Part shown: positions 34,159 through 44,512 of the stretch, in pieces | Numbering within the stretch: the stretch's first letter is position 1 | How the letters are laid out: each line of letters opens with the position of its first letter | The notes under the pieces: model-generated | What the model saw: the letters and a program-made list of their open reading frames with translations, nothing else | Told to the model about the DNA's origin: nothing | Database searches by the model: none | Program-made: the position numbers and the translations under genes | Source: Lysobacterales bacterium | GTDB taxonomy: Bacteria > Pseudomonadota > Gammaproteobacteria > Xanthomonadales > SZUA-5 | Assembly: GCA_022844165.1 (NCBI GenBank) | Contig: JALHMH010000024.1 | Location: 1-64,000 of the forward strand | Length of the DNA: 64,000 bases | Direction: 5' to 3'

Positions 34159-36315
34159 CTATCCCAGTGTCTGAGCGATCAATCTGGCCAGTTCGCCGAG
34201 CTGAATCGGCTTGCCTACGAAGCGGCTCATTCCAGCTTCGATGCACGCCTCCTGGTCCTCGAGCTGCGTACTTGCGGTCATCGCAAAGATTGGCGTGTGC
34301 TGATTCGGTGTAGGCTGCCGGCGCAAACGTCGCGCGGTTTCGAGCCCGTCCAGCGTGGCCATGTGGCGATCGAGCAGGATCACGTCGAAGGGCTGCAGGT
34401 TCGCCTTCTCCAAAGCCTGCACGCCGTCGCAGGCTTCGGTCACAACTGCGCCCAGCCTCGACAATGCACTGACGACCAACAAACGGATCGACTCATCATC
34501 GTCGACGATGAGTATCTGCCTGCCGCGCAGTACAGCCAGATCCGGCGCGCCCAGTTGCCCGGCGGCGATGCCGGTCGGCTCATCGGAGACGCCACGCACG
34601 AGCAACTTAAATACGGTTCCGCCCCCCTCACGTTGGCTTGCTGTCAGATCTCCGCCAAGCGCGCGTGCCAGGCGTCGACTGATCGCAAGACCGAGCCCGG
34701 TACCCGACTGGCGTTGCGAGATTTCAGTCCTGAGCTGGCGAAACGCATCGAAGATGAGTTCCAGTTTTTCCTCCGGAACGCCACAACCCCGATCGGATAC
34801 GATGACTTCCGCTGACTCCCCAGCACGCCGCAGCGCAACTTCTATCGTTCCGCGGTCGGAGAACTTCACTGCGTTGCTGAGCAGGTTCACCAGGATCTGC
34901 CGAATGCGAACGGGATCGCTATTGGCAGCCAACGGGGTGCCGAGATCCGCGACGATTAAAAGACCCTTGGCCTCCGCTCTAGGCCGCATCAGCGAAATAG
35001 CCTCGTGCGCAAGTGTGTCGAGGCGAACGTACGATCTGTGCAAGACCAGCTGATCGGCTTCGATTCGCGACAGGTCTAGTACATCGTCCAGTAGTTGCAT
35101 CAAATGTTCGTTCGCGGTCTTTGCCATGTACAAAAAGCGATCGCGCTCGGCGTCGGTCGAGGCCGTCGACGCCAGTTCCAGCGATCCGGTCAGGCCGGCC
35201 AGCGGTGTGCGAATTTCGTGACTCATCGTCGCCAGGAACATCGACTTGAGTTTGCTCGCAGCCAACGCTGCATCGGCTTCGCTGCGCGCGCTCATATTGC
35301 GTTGCAGCTGCTGGATCAGCTCATTGAAGTCGTCGGCGACCAACCGAATCTCCGAGAGCGCACCGGACACACGAACGGGCGTGCGGTTGTCGCTGTGCAT
35401 TCGCTGTTGCAACTGATCCTGGAGATCGACCAATGGTCGGATGATTCGGCGTCGCACGATGAGCACGCCAATCGATACGAGAAGCGCTGTTCCCAGCGCA
35501 TTCAGACCATGCAACTTGCCGCCGAATTCGCGCAGCTCGCTGGACAGGCTGCTTTGGCGTTCGATATGCAAGTGCCCAAGCGCCTCGCCGCTGGCGCGCC
35601 AGGCCGCAAAGCTGTTCGGGTGCGCGGCGTCGGGTTCCCCAAGTTCGACCGCCGCAGTCCCGGCGAAGCTTCCGCCGTCCAAACTCACTCGGCCGCCCAT
35701 CAGTGTTGCATAGTAGTCGCCCAATGAACTCGATACCGCGCGGGCAAAAACGACGCTGCCCCGGGAGGGACCGCTCGCATCGTTGCGCAGGATGGGCGTT
35801 AACCCTAACAGGTAGAGTTCGCCTGCGAGATAAACGATCAGCGACGACGGTTCGGTTGGCATCTGGTTGATCCGTTCCGTGACCAGCGGCCAGAGAGCGG
35901 CCATCAGCTCCGCCGGTAACGGCTGATCATCGGTCAAGCGGGCGGATGCGAGGGTCTTGCCGTGGATGTCCCAGAACACGTAAAACGCAATGTCCGCCGG
36001 ATTTGCGCCAGTGGGCAATACGTGTTCGTCGACATAGTCTGGGTCGCGGCTCAGCGCAAAGGCGTAGGTTTCATCCCAAATGCCGTACTCGTAAGCAATG
36101 AAGCGCATCGCGTCCAAATCGCGCTGGAGCAGGGCAGCATATTTGGCGCGGTACTGTTCGCGTTCCGCGACCGCCACTTGCGCTTGAACCCAGTGGCTTT
36201 CGATTCGATCGACAAGCATCTGCCACATCACGCAGAACAGCGTGACGAGGAGCATGACCTTGACGAAATACAAGGTGGTCGAAGTTTGCTGTTTCGAAGA
36301 ACCTGAGGTATCCAT
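34159..36315 (-). CDS. hybrid sensor histidine kinase/response regulator with CHASE4-like periplasmic and HAMP domains
   Basis: Two TM segments, WDETY, H-box MSHEIRTPL, NLLSNAVKF, GTGLGL and a receiver domain (VDDD, LLD, KP). Confidence 0.9.
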   Translation of the reverse strand: MDTSGSSKQQTSTTLYFVKVMLLVTLFCVMWQMLVDRIESHWVQAQVAVAEREQYRAKYAALLQRDLDAMRFIAYEYGIWDETYAFALSRDPDYVDEHVLPTGANPADIAFYVFWDIHGKTLASARLTDDQPLPAELMAALWPLVTERINQMPTEPSSLIVYLAGELYLLGLTPILRNDASGPSRGSVVFARAVSSSLGDYYATLMGGRVSLDGGSFAGTAAVELGEPDAAHPNSFAAWRASGEALGHLHIERQSSLSSELREFGGKLHGLNALGTALLVSIGVLIVRRRIIRPLVDLQDQLQQRMHSDNRTPVRVSGALSEIRLVADDFNELIQQLQRNMSARSEADAALAASKLKSMFLATMSHEIRTPLAGLTGSLELASTASTDAERDRFLYMAKTANEHLMQLLDDVLDLSRIEADQLVLHRSYVRLDTLAHEAISLMRPRAEAKGLLIVADLGTPLAANSDPVRIRQILVNLLSNAVKFSDRGTIEVALRRAGESAEVIVSDRGCGVPEEKLELIFDAFRQLRTEISQRQSGTGLGLAISRRLARALGGDLTASQREGGGTVFKLLVRGVSDEPTGIAAGQLGAPDLAVLRGRQILIVDDDESIRLLVVSALSRLGAVVTEACDGVQALEKANLQPFDVILLDRHMATLDGLETARRLRRQPTPNQHTPIFAMTASTQLEDQEACIEAGMSRFVGKPIQLGELARLIAQTLG

Positions 36316-36395
36316 CGCCCGGATCGCCAGCCATTGACGGCGAAAGATAGGGAATTTGCTGGAAGGTAGCTGATCCTTGGCGCAAGAAATCACAA

Positions 36396-36455
36396 CTGGC
36401 GAGGCTTCGCCTCCGACCGGGCATTGTTCCGGACTTGCCACAACCCCGCGCTTCG
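36396..36455 (-). repeat. short inverted right-end fragment of the structured element
   Basis: ctggcgaggcttcgcctc...acttgccacaaccccgcgcttcg is the reverse complement of the element right end, with an internal deletion. Confidence 0.7.
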
Positions 36456-36495
36456 CCTTTGATCCTGAGTCTCGCCGCGATGGACAAGCGGTGGC

Positions 36496-37875
36496 TCATT
36501 CGAATCCGCTGGCGAAGAGCGCATCAGCGTTGCCGCGCTCAAAGGCGCCGATGTCGAGTGGGCCACTGACGGGCCGCAAGATCGGCGCGAGAACACTTGG
36601 GCGCGAAGGGTGCTGCATAGGCACGGCCAGCGGATTGACGAAATCGGTCGGCGGCGCGGTGCTGGATGTTGCCGAATCGAGCAGGGGACTGCTGGCATTG
36701 GGCACAAGGTTCAGCGAGCCCAGATCGCCAAATCCAGGATCGGCACCGAACAGTGTGTTGGTGAGCGCGGCCGGCACGAAGGTCGCGCCCGTTTTGATCC
36801 AGTTGTGGCTACCGGCGATTTGCACGCCGTTGACCCAGTTCGTCGGCGTTTCCTCGCGCCATACACGCAACGTACCATTGCCTTCACGCCACAGCACATT
36901 GTTGTGCAAGTGCAGTGACAAGATGCCGAAGTGGGTGCGGAACATCGACAAGGTGGTCGCACTGCCGCGGCCGACAATCGTGTTGTTGACGAAACGATAG
37001 CGCCCCAGCGTATCGCCGGTGCCACTGGTGCCATCACCACCGACGCGAATGACGAACGGCGTTGCGGAGGTATGCACGATGACATTGCCGACTACATCTG
37101 AATCTTCGCGCACCAGACTCTGTGTCCAGCTACTCGCAACGCCATCTGGATCTGGGCCGATCAACTCCAGTTCATGCTGAAATGCATCCTCCAGCCAGTT
37201 GTAATAGATCTCGTTGCGCTCCGCCCGGCTCTTGATCAGATTGCCGCCATTAACGTTGTCGTCGAAGCGGCTGTCGTGTACGTGGCTGTATTGCAGGCGA
37301 AACACCGAGCCTGGATAGACCACTTGATCGGTCGACATGTAAATCGCGTGGTTAAAGTCGCGCGAACCCGCGTTGCGGATTTCCGAAAACTCGATGGTCA
37401 GCGAACCTGAATCGGTATCGGCACCCAAAACGCCATTGCGCGGGCAGTCGCGCACGAGTACATCGCGAATCACCACGTCGTGCGAATGGTGGTAGATGCA
37501 GCGAAAAGTTCCCGTCTGGGTATCGCCGGTGCCCGTCACCTCGAAGCCCTCGAACACCACATGATTGGCGAGGCGAAATTCGATGGTATTGGTACCGCCG
37601 CGCAACACCGGTCGCCGCCCTTGCGCGTCTCGGACGCCGCGGATGGTCAATCGGTTTCCCGGTGCGCCGCCATCGTTCGAGCGCAGGATGATGTTGCCGC
37701 CATTGTATTCGGCATAGTCAACCAGCACCAGGTCGCCACCATTGAGGTCAATTGCGGCGTCGTCGAATAGCTGGTTCAACGTCGTATGCGGGCGTCCAGG
37801 TCCGACGAGAAAGGTTGCTGCTGGTAGGTCGGCGGCGAAGGCGAGAGCAAGAGCAAGAGCAACGCACAAACGCAT
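36496..37875 (-). CDS. secreted right-handed parallel beta-helix protein with choice-of-anchor Q-like end
   Basis: Signal peptide, Asn-ladder repeats and SPLLDSA...DIGAFE. Ends LFASGFE. Confidence 0.72.
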   Translation of the reverse strand: MRLCVALALALAFAADLPAATFLVGPGRPHTTLNQLFDDAAIDLNGGDLVLVDYAEYNGGNIILRSNDGGAPGNRLTIRGVRDAQGRRPVLRGGTNTIEFRLANHVVFEGFEVTGTGDTQTGTFRCIYHHSHDVVIRDVLVRDCPRNGVLGADTDSGSLTIEFSEIRNAGSRDFNHAIYMSTDQVVYPGSVFRLQYSHVHDSRFDDNVNGGNLIKSRAERNEIYYNWLEDAFQHELELIGPDPDGVASSWTQSLVREDSDVVGNVIVHTSATPFVIRVGGDGTSGTGDTLGRYRFVNNTIVGRGSATTLSMFRTHFGILSLHLHNNVLWREGNGTLRVWREETPTNWVNGVQIAGSHNWIKTGATFVPAALTNTLFGADPGFGDLGSLNLVPNASSPLLDSATSSTAPPTDFVNPLAVPMQHPSRPSVLAPILRPVSGPLDIGAFERGNADALFASGFE

Positions 37876-37964
37876 CGACGTCCCCTGTTTTGTCGTGGAT
37901 GCCAGACAGAATGCTCTGCGCGGCCAGTGGCCAACGAATGTCGATTGTGTCGCAAAAATGCCAG

Positions 37965-37982
37965 TGAGGCGAAGCCTCGCAG
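37965..37982 (+). repeat. isolated terminal GAGGC-GAA-GCCTC hairpin of the structured element
   Basis: tgaggcgaagcctcgc is identical to the element right terminus. Confidence 0.5.
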
Positions 37983-38077
37983 TGCGTTGAACATCGTACG
38001 GTCATAGGGGTCACACAGTGCCGGTGTTTGAACGCGCCGGCTGTTGACCGAACACTATTTTTTGCTTCAGATGAAAC

Positions 38078-38090
38078 TAAGCGATTGATT
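38078..38090 (-). promoter_or_regulatory. candidate IHF site
   Basis: The reverse complement AATCAATCGCTTA fits WATCAANNNNTTR. AT tract nearby. Confidence 0.4.
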
Positions 38091-38200
38091 TGAAGGGCTG
38101 GAATTCGCCACGCTGCATTCTCGTACCGAGACTGCGAATTTGCAAATGTGGATCAGACGCGCCCTTGAGCGCGTGCGGCATCGCAGCACGCGCCACGATC

Positions 38201-41200
38201 TCAATCGAGCGGCTTGCCCGGTGCGCCAAAATCGCTCGGCGCGGGCGGCGCACTGATCGGTTTGACTGGATTTTTTTCGAGTTCTGCCAGCAGTACCTCG
38301 ATGGCTTTCTCCAGCGACGGATCGCGGCCTTGCGCAACCAGATGCGGGGTATCAATCACTTCGATGTCTGGCGCAACGCCCTCATTTTCGACGGCCCATT
38401 CGCCGTCAGGCCCCATGAAGCGGAACGTGGCAGCCGTTGTCGTGCCGCCGTCAGCCAGACGCGGATTGCCGGAAACGCCGATCAATCCACCCCAAGTCCG
38501 TGTGCCGATCAGCGGGCCCAAATTCAGCTGTTTGAAGTAATACGGCAGCGCATCGCCACCGGATGACGAAAGCCCGTTGATCAACATCGCCTTGGGTCCG
38601 CGATGCGATAGAAACGGCTGCGCCTGAGGATCAAGGCCACGGCGCTTCCAGTAATTGAGCGGCTTGCGCGCCAGGATTTCGATCATGCGATCGGGGATGA
38701 AGCCGCCACCGTTGTAGCGGTCGTCGACAATCATCGCCTCCTTGTTGATCTGCGACGGGAATTGCTTGAACAACTCGCGGTTGCCTTCGAACAACGTGTT
38801 CGGCAAGTGCACATAGCCGATGCGGCCGCCCGAGAGCTTGTCGACCATGGCGCGACGTTGTTCAACGAAATCCAGATAGCGCAGCTGGTCTTCGCTGGTT
38901 TGTGTCTTGACTCGCACCAGGCGCGAACTGCCGGCATCAGCACGCGAGTTGATGCGCAAGTCGACAATGCGTGCGGCTTTGTTTTCCAGCAGCTCATAGA
39001 AGTTTTTGACCGAACGGGTCGAGACGCCATCAACAGCAATGATGAACTCGCCTGGCGATACATCGACACCGGCTTCGGTCAGCGGCGAGCGGAACGGTTC
39101 GGAGTGGTTCTGGCCCGGGAAAATGCGTTCGATCTTGAAATACCCTGAGCTGTCGGCGACGATGTCTGCGCCGAGGAATCCGCCGGGTTTGCGCTCCACT
39201 TGAGGCTCGTCTCCGCGTTCAACGTAAATGTGCCCCGCATTCAATTCGCCGGCCATCTCATTGAGCAAGTAATCGAGGTCCGCCCGGTGCGCCACGTGCG
39301 GCAACAGCGCGGCGTACTTCCGGTAAACCGCCTCCCAGTCGTTGCCGTGCATGCCGGGATCGTAGAACCAGTCGCGCCAGATGCGCCAACCGTCGCGAAG
39401 CAACTGGGCCCACTCGACAGGTGGATCGATCTTCAGCATCAGGCGGCTCAAATCAAGCGTTTTGCTGGCGTCTTGATCTGGCTTGAGTTCGGCGATGCCG
39501 AGCTTCTGGTCTTGCGTGGCGAACAGAACTTGTTCGCCGCGCAATGTGTAGTTGGCAACACCTTTGAGTACGGTCGACTCCTTTTCGTCGGCCAGCGAGT
39601 AAAACTTCAGCTCCGCCGGCGCTTGCGCATTGCTCTGAGCAAGGTAAGCCAGGCCGTTCTTGGTTGCGCTCAGGGCGCGGTAATTGCCAGCGCCCGGTGC
39701 GAGCATGACCGCACGCGCATCGAAGCCATCGCGGTCGAATTTGAGCGGCGCTTTCGCAGCCTCCTTCTTGCTGCCGTTCGGCTCTTCAGGCTTGTCTTTT
39801 GCAGCACCAATTTCATCGCTCTTCGGTCGACCCAGAGCGGCGCCATTTTTATCCAGCGTGGCGGCAAACAAGCGTGTTGCGTTGATATAGAGATAGTTGA
39901 ACTCATACGCCGAGAACTGCAGGTTGTGCTCACGATCGCTGGTGAAGTACAGATACCGACCCTCTGGATCGAAGCTGGGCGAGTCGGCGTTGAACAGTCC
40001 ATGCGTCAATTGCGCGGTCTGACCGCCAACCGGGTAGTGCCAGAGCCGTGACAAACCGGTTGCATCGGTCTTGACGTAGACAATGTGTTGGCTGTCCGGC
40101 GAAAACACGTAGGTCGTGATCGCGTTGCCAGTGCTCGCGCGGTCGATGTCGATAGTGCGACCGCTTTCGATCTCAACGAGCCGTAGCTGGTTGTTCTGAT
40201 CACCGTAAACGATCCGTTTGCCGTCGGGCGAAATTGTTGGCGGGAAGCGCCAGATGTTGCCGTCGGTGGTGATCCGTTTGGGCTCGCCGCTGCCATCGGA
40301 CGCGCGGCTGTACAGCTCATACTCGCCGCTCGCATCGGAGAGGAATACAACGCTCTTGCCGTCGGGCGTAAAACTCGCCGCGAGCTCACGCGCCCCTGGC
40401 GTGCCAGAGATGTTGCGAATTTCGCCATTCCTGGCCGGCACCGTAAACAGCTCGCCGCGTGCCGAAACCAGCGCACGCTCGGCGCCTGGCGCCAGATCGA
40501 ATCCTTCGATTTGCGCAGCAACATTTTTGAATGTCGGCAACAGGTGCGGTCGATCTCCCTGGACCGTGATGGTCACAGGATTGGTGGCGCCGTCGACTGG
40601 CGTATGCAGCCACAAACGCCCCGCCTGTTCGAACACGATGGCATCGCGCCCGGCGCTCGGCCAAAGTACATCGAAGTCGGTAAAGCTGGTGACCCGCGCC
40701 ACTTCGCCGCCATTCGGCGATGTGCGCCAGAGATTCAAGGTGTACTCACGATCGGAGGTGAAGTAGATCGCATCGCCGACCCAGGTTGGCTGGTTGTCGG
40801 TGCCGCGGTGATTGGTCAGCTGGCGTGATGTGTCGTTTTTGAGATCGTACACCCACACGTCTTGCGCACGACCGCCGCGGGTGCGCTTCCAGGTTCGGAA
40901 CTCGCGGTCGATCGGTGTGTAGACATAGGCGTTGCCGTCGGGCGACAACATGCCGCCGCCGGTCTCCGGCACTCGCAGGGGCGTTTCCATGCCGCCTGCG
41001 ACGGGTACCAGAAACGGTCTGCCAGCACGCTCATCGAGCGGAAAACGGTTCATGCGCACCAGAATGTTCTGGCCATCGGGTGTCCAATCGAGCACGCGAT
41101 AGTCAAAGCCGCCTCGCGGTGGCATCGGCCCAACGTCGGTGTAATACGTCAGCTGCCGGGGCGGGGCGGAACCGTCAGCGGGCATGACCCACACCTGGCG

Positions 41201-41440
41201 AGTGCCGGAGTATTCGGCCGAGAACGCGATCTGAGTGCCGTCGGGCGAGAACTTGGGAAACAGCTCCATACCTGGTCCACTGGTCAGCCGTTGCGCCAGA
41301 CCACCGCTGCGCGCGACGAGGTACACATCACCCGCGTAGACGAAGGTGATGTGCGTGTCGGAAACATCGGGGAATCGCAGCAGGCGCGTGTCGGCATGCG
41401 CAACGCCAGACAGAGCGAGAACGACAGCAGCGAGTTTCAT
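38201..41440 (-). CDS. tricorn-like protease (peptidase S41 with beta-propellers and PDZ)
   Basis: Motifs LLRFPD, PD40-like repeats, GYVHLPN, DDRYNGGG, SSGGD, RTWGG and ENEGVAPDIEV. Confidence 0.93.
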   Translation of the reverse strand: MKLAAVVLALSGVAHADTRLLRFPDVSDTHITFVYAGDVYLVARSGGLAQRLTSGPGMELFPKFSPDGTQIAFSAEYSGTRQVWVMPADGSAPPRQLTYYTDVGPMPPRGGFDYRVLDWTPDGQNILVRMNRFPLDERAGRPFLVPVAGGMETPLRVPETGGGMLSPDGNAYVYTPIDREFRTWKRTRGGRAQDVWVYDLKNDTSRQLTNHRGTDNQPTWVGDAIYFTSDREYTLNLWRTSPNGGEVARVTSFTDFDVLWPSAGRDAIVFEQAGRLWLHTPVDGATNPVTITVQGDRPHLLPTFKNVAAQIEGFDLAPGAERALVSARGELFTVPARNGEIRNISGTPGARELAASFTPDGKSVVFLSDASGEYELYSRASDGSGEPKRITTDGNIWRFPPTISPDGKRIVYGDQNNQLRLVEIESGRTIDIDRASTGNAITTYVFSPDSQHIVYVKTDATGLSRLWHYPVGGQTAQLTHGLFNADSPSFDPEGRYLYFTSDREHNLQFSAYEFNYLYINATRLFAATLDKNGAALGRPKSDEIGAAKDKPEEPNGSKKEAAKAPLKFDRDGFDARAVMLAPGAGNYRALSATKNGLAYLAQSNAQAPAELKFYSLADEKESTVLKGVANYTLRGEQVLFATQDQKLGIAELKPDQDASKTLDLSRLMLKIDPPVEWAQLLRDGWRIWRDWFYDPGMHGNDWEAVYRKYAALLPHVAHRADLDYLLNEMAGELNAGHIYVERGDEPQVERKPGGFLGADIVADSSGYFKIERIFPGQNHSEPFRSPLTEAGVDVSPGEFIIAVDGVSTRSVKNFYELLENKAARIVDLRINSRADAGSSRLVRVKTQTSEDQLRYLDFVEQRRAMVDKLSGGRIGYVHLPNTLFEGNRELFKQFPSQINKEAMIVDDRYNGGGFIPDRMIEILARKPLNYWKRRGLDPQAQPFLSHRGPKAMLINGLSSSGGDALPYYFKQLNLGPLIGTRTWGGLIGVSGNPRLADGGTTTAATFRFMGPDGEWAVENEGVAPDIEVIDTPHLVAQGRDPSLEKAIEVLLAELEKNPVKPISAPPAPSDFGAPGKPLD

Positions 41441-41596
41441 GTTGTCTCCGACGGCAGCAAAACGCGCAAGGATAGGCCGTCCGTCGTGGGTGCGACGTGT
41501 GACAAAGGTCACCTTGGAGCATGCAGACCCTGCCCTTTGGTTGCGCTCATCGCGCTCCTCGGGGCAGGGGGCCAGATTCGACGAAAGCGACTTTGC

Positions 41597-44359
41597 TCAG
41601 AAGCTGTAGCGAACCCCAAGTCGATAGCTTCGGCCAAAGTCGATAATGCCGCCCTCATCGGCCGGGAATGCGCCGTCGGCATCGCCGCGATAGACGGTCG
41701 AGTCGCGACGTTCGTTGATATTGATCACGTCGGCGAAGAGCTGCAACTGGTCGTTGAAGCTATAGCGAAAATTGAAATCGGTCGAAAACCAGGTGAGCAG
41801 GATCTGATCGAATTCCGATTGGCTGCCGATCGTGTCCAGGCTATCGCTGCGGTAGTTGCCGGAGAGCCGGAGGCTCATACGTTCGTTTTCCCAGCCCAAG
41901 GTCAGGTTAGCGATTCGATCCGCCTGATCTGGCAGCGGCAGGTCACTGCCCCGGCCGATGGCACCGTAGTCCGCGCGGCTGTCGACGAACGTGTAATTGC
42001 CCGTGACGAACAGACCGGACAGCAAGCCTGGAGCGTTGTTGAAACTATGATCGAAAGCCAGCTCGACGCCACGTACGCTCGCGTCAGAACCGTTGACGAA
42101 TGCCTCAACGCTATCGAATCCGCCCGTGAGACTGCCATTGCCCGGGGTGAAGCCGATACGCGCAACATCAGCGCCTACGAGCAGCGAGCGAATGAAGAAG
42201 TCGCTGATGTCCTTGTAGAAGAACCCCGCATATAGCAGGGTCTCTTCGCTCGGATACCACGCCAGCGAGATATCGGCCTGGCGAGCTGATAGTGGATCAA
42301 GGTTGGGGTTGCCACCCGAGTAGCTGCGAAAGTAGGTGCCGTCTTCCAGCTGTCGGCTCAAAATCTGGGTGGTTGCTGCGCCTTCGTCGAAATTGGGGCG
42401 CAGTAAAGCTTCGCTGAGCGAAGCACGCAGCACCAACTGCTCGCTGGCATCGAACCGCAGATGCAGGCTGGGCAGCACATCGTTGTAGGTCTTGCGGGCG
42501 GCCGCAATCGGTCGAATGTTGAGCGTCGTGGCGGCGCCAGGCGCAAACGGGTCCACGGTTTCCAGCGCGAAGCCGTCAGTGGTCCACTCGGTGCGTTCGA
42601 AACGAACGCCGCCAAACAAGTTGAGGCGGCTGCCTGGCGAAAACGAAAACATGCCGTAGGCGGCATTGATGTCTTCCTCCACCGCAAAGTCCTCCGCGGC
42701 GCTATTGGTGGCGTCAGGCGTCAATCGCGGCAAACCTTGCAGGAACAGGGCACGTGCGGCATTCGCGTCGGGCTGGAATCCCCAGTTGGGTATCCGTGTG
42801 TCTAAGCTCACCAGCGGCAGTTGCGAGAGATTGGTTGCCGGTGCGCCGCCCTCGCCAACCGGGTTGCCGATGATCTGGTCGCGGTTGACTGTTTTGTCGC
42901 GGCGGTGCAGTTTGGCGCCAAACTTGATAAAGCCGTCGCCCTCACCCCATTCCATGTCGCGCTGCGCATTGAAGGCGGCCTGCAAAATGTCGTCTTCGCG
43001 ATCCTGGGAGACCAGGCCTACTTCATCGAAGATGTAGTTCGCGGGGTCCGCGGGGTCGGGCCGCTGCGCATCGCGGCGGGCTGCGCTGATGTTAATCGAC
43101 TCTTCCGACTGCTGGACATCAATGCGAATGTTGCGCACGCGGAAGCGCCCGGTCAGCTCATTCGGGATATCGAGCGTATTGCGAGAATTCGCCAGGAAGC
43201 CATCCAATAACCAGTTGTCCAGGCGCTTGCTGCCACCTGCCTGCAACAGCGAGGTGTCTTCGCTGCGCTCGACCAAGGTCAGCTGCTTGCGCAGCTCGAC
43301 GTCGGTGCCGCCCTGGTATGAACCGGATTGTGGCCCGATCGCGATGGCGCGGTTGTTGCCTATATTCCAGCGATCGTTCCACGTCGTGTCGTCGCGATCG
43401 AAGCGACTGAATATTCCGCGTAGAAAAAACTCGCTTTCGTCCGTGCCCAGCACGTTGAGGCCGAAAGCCAGGCCGGAACGCTCGCGTTCGCTCTCGGTAT
43501 ATCGATTCTCCACGCGATTGCTGCGCAAGAAGCACCCTGGAGAGGGAGTGCTGCCGCATTCGCCGCCGATGCGGCTGTACTGAGGCGCATTGCGGTTGCG
43601 CACAATGTCGCCGCTCAAGCTGCGATCCTGATAGCTGGCGGCCACCGACAGACCCACCAGTGTGCCGCCGGGCCGTTCGAAGCGCTGCGTAAACGCCGCA
43701 TTGGCATTGGGCGTCACGTCGCCGTTGTAGTCCTGCTGGCCTGCGCCGAGCGTCAGGCGGCGACTGTTGCCCGCTTCGATGGGGTCGGTTGGCTGCAGAT
43801 CGACCAGTGCGCCGACGGCGGCGCCATCCAGGTCGGGGGTGATGGTCTTGTACACTACCAGCGAGCCGAGCAGGTCGTTTGGCAACACGTCGATCACGGC
43901 ATCGCGGTCGGTGTCCGAAGTCGCCAGCAAAGCGCCGTTATAGGTCACGGGGTTGAACTGAGCGCCCAAGCCACGCACGGTGATCCTGCGGCCCTCGCCG
44001 CCGTCTCGATCAATCGATACGCCTGGCACTCGCTGCAGCGCTTCGGCGGGGTTCTCATCGGCAAACTGACCGATGTCGTCGCCAGTCACGATGTTTGCGA
44101 TTGTGCTTTCCTCGCGTTCTTTGGCGCGCGCATTGAGCAGCGCATCGCGCACACCCTTGACCACCACGGTATCAAGTTCTTCCGCCGATTGCTGAACATC
44201 CTGCGCTTGCGCCGAGGCGAACGAAACGAAACTTGCTAGCACCGTTGCCATAGCGACACTTAATGGGTGTCTCGCCAAACGAGGTTTGTGGATGCCGCCC
44301 TGTTGTCCAGTATGGGTTGCGAAGGTTCTTGTACGGCGGCGGGTTTGGGAAGTGGTCAT
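41597..44359 (-). CDS. TonB-dependent receptor
   Basis: TonB-box-like DTVVV, plug motif AEALQRVPGVS and C-terminal GVRYSF. Confidence 0.93.
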   Translation of the reverse strand: MTTSQTRRRTRTFATHTGQQGGIHKPRLARHPLSVAMATVLASFVSFASAQAQDVQQSAEELDTVVVKGVRDALLNARAKEREESTIANIVTGDDIGQFADENPAEALQRVPGVSIDRDGGEGRRITVRGLGAQFNPVTYNGALLATSDTDRDAVIDVLPNDLLGSLVVYKTITPDLDGAAVGALVDLQPTDPIEAGNSRRLTLGAGQQDYNGDVTPNANAAFTQRFERPGGTLVGLSVAASYQDRSLSGDIVRNRNAPQYSRIGGECGSTPSPGCFLRSNRVENRYTESERERSGLAFGLNVLGTDESEFFLRGIFSRFDRDDTTWNDRWNIGNNRAIAIGPQSGSYQGGTDVELRKQLTLVERSEDTSLLQAGGSKRLDNWLLDGFLANSRNTLDIPNELTGRFRVRNIRIDVQQSEESINISAARRDAQRPDPADPANYIFDEVGLVSQDREDDILQAAFNAQRDMEWGEGDGFIKFGAKLHRRDKTVNRDQIIGNPVGEGGAPATNLSQLPLVSLDTRIPNWGFQPDANAARALFLQGLPRLTPDATNSAAEDFAVEEDINAAYGMFSFSPGSRLNLFGGVRFERTEWTTDGFALETVDPFAPGAATTLNIRPIAAARKTYNDVLPSLHLRFDASEQLVLRASLSEALLRPNFDEGAATTQILSRQLEDGTYFRSYSGGNPNLDPLSARQADISLAWYPSEETLLYAGFFYKDISDFFIRSLLVGADVARIGFTPGNGSLTGGFDSVEAFVNGSDASVRGVELAFDHSFNNAPGLLSGLFVTGNYTFVDSRADYGAIGRGSDLPLPDQADRIANLTLGWENERMSLRLSGNYRSDSLDTIGSQSEFDQILLTWFSTDFNFRYSFNDQLQLFADVININERRDSTVYRGDADGAFPADEGGIIDFGRSYRLGVRYSF

Positions 44360-44428
44360 ATCGATCCCCTTGGTTCGATGTTGTCAGGAAGCGCTCAAAC
44401 CAAAATTGGCAATTGGAGCGTTAGCTCT

Positions 44429-44470
44429 AATCTATTGGTATTACCACTCATTGTCAAGTGGTTTGGCCTA
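44429..44470 (-). promoter_or_regulatory. sigma70 promoter of the TBDR with overlapping FadR/GntR-type operator
   Basis: Minus strand TTGACA (44457-44452), 17-bp spacer, TAGATT (44434-44429). TGGT-N3-ACCA palindrome inside the spacer and a second degenerate site at 44457-44470. Confidence 0.7.
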
Positions 44471-44512
44471 TTTGTGACAATCGAACAGCAGCTGCAATTG
44501 CGGTCGGATCGT

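Noticed and set aside
37880-37965. Sigma54 promoter upstream of the beta-helix gene
   Set aside because: The TGGC...GC candidates have the wrong GG-to-GC spacing.
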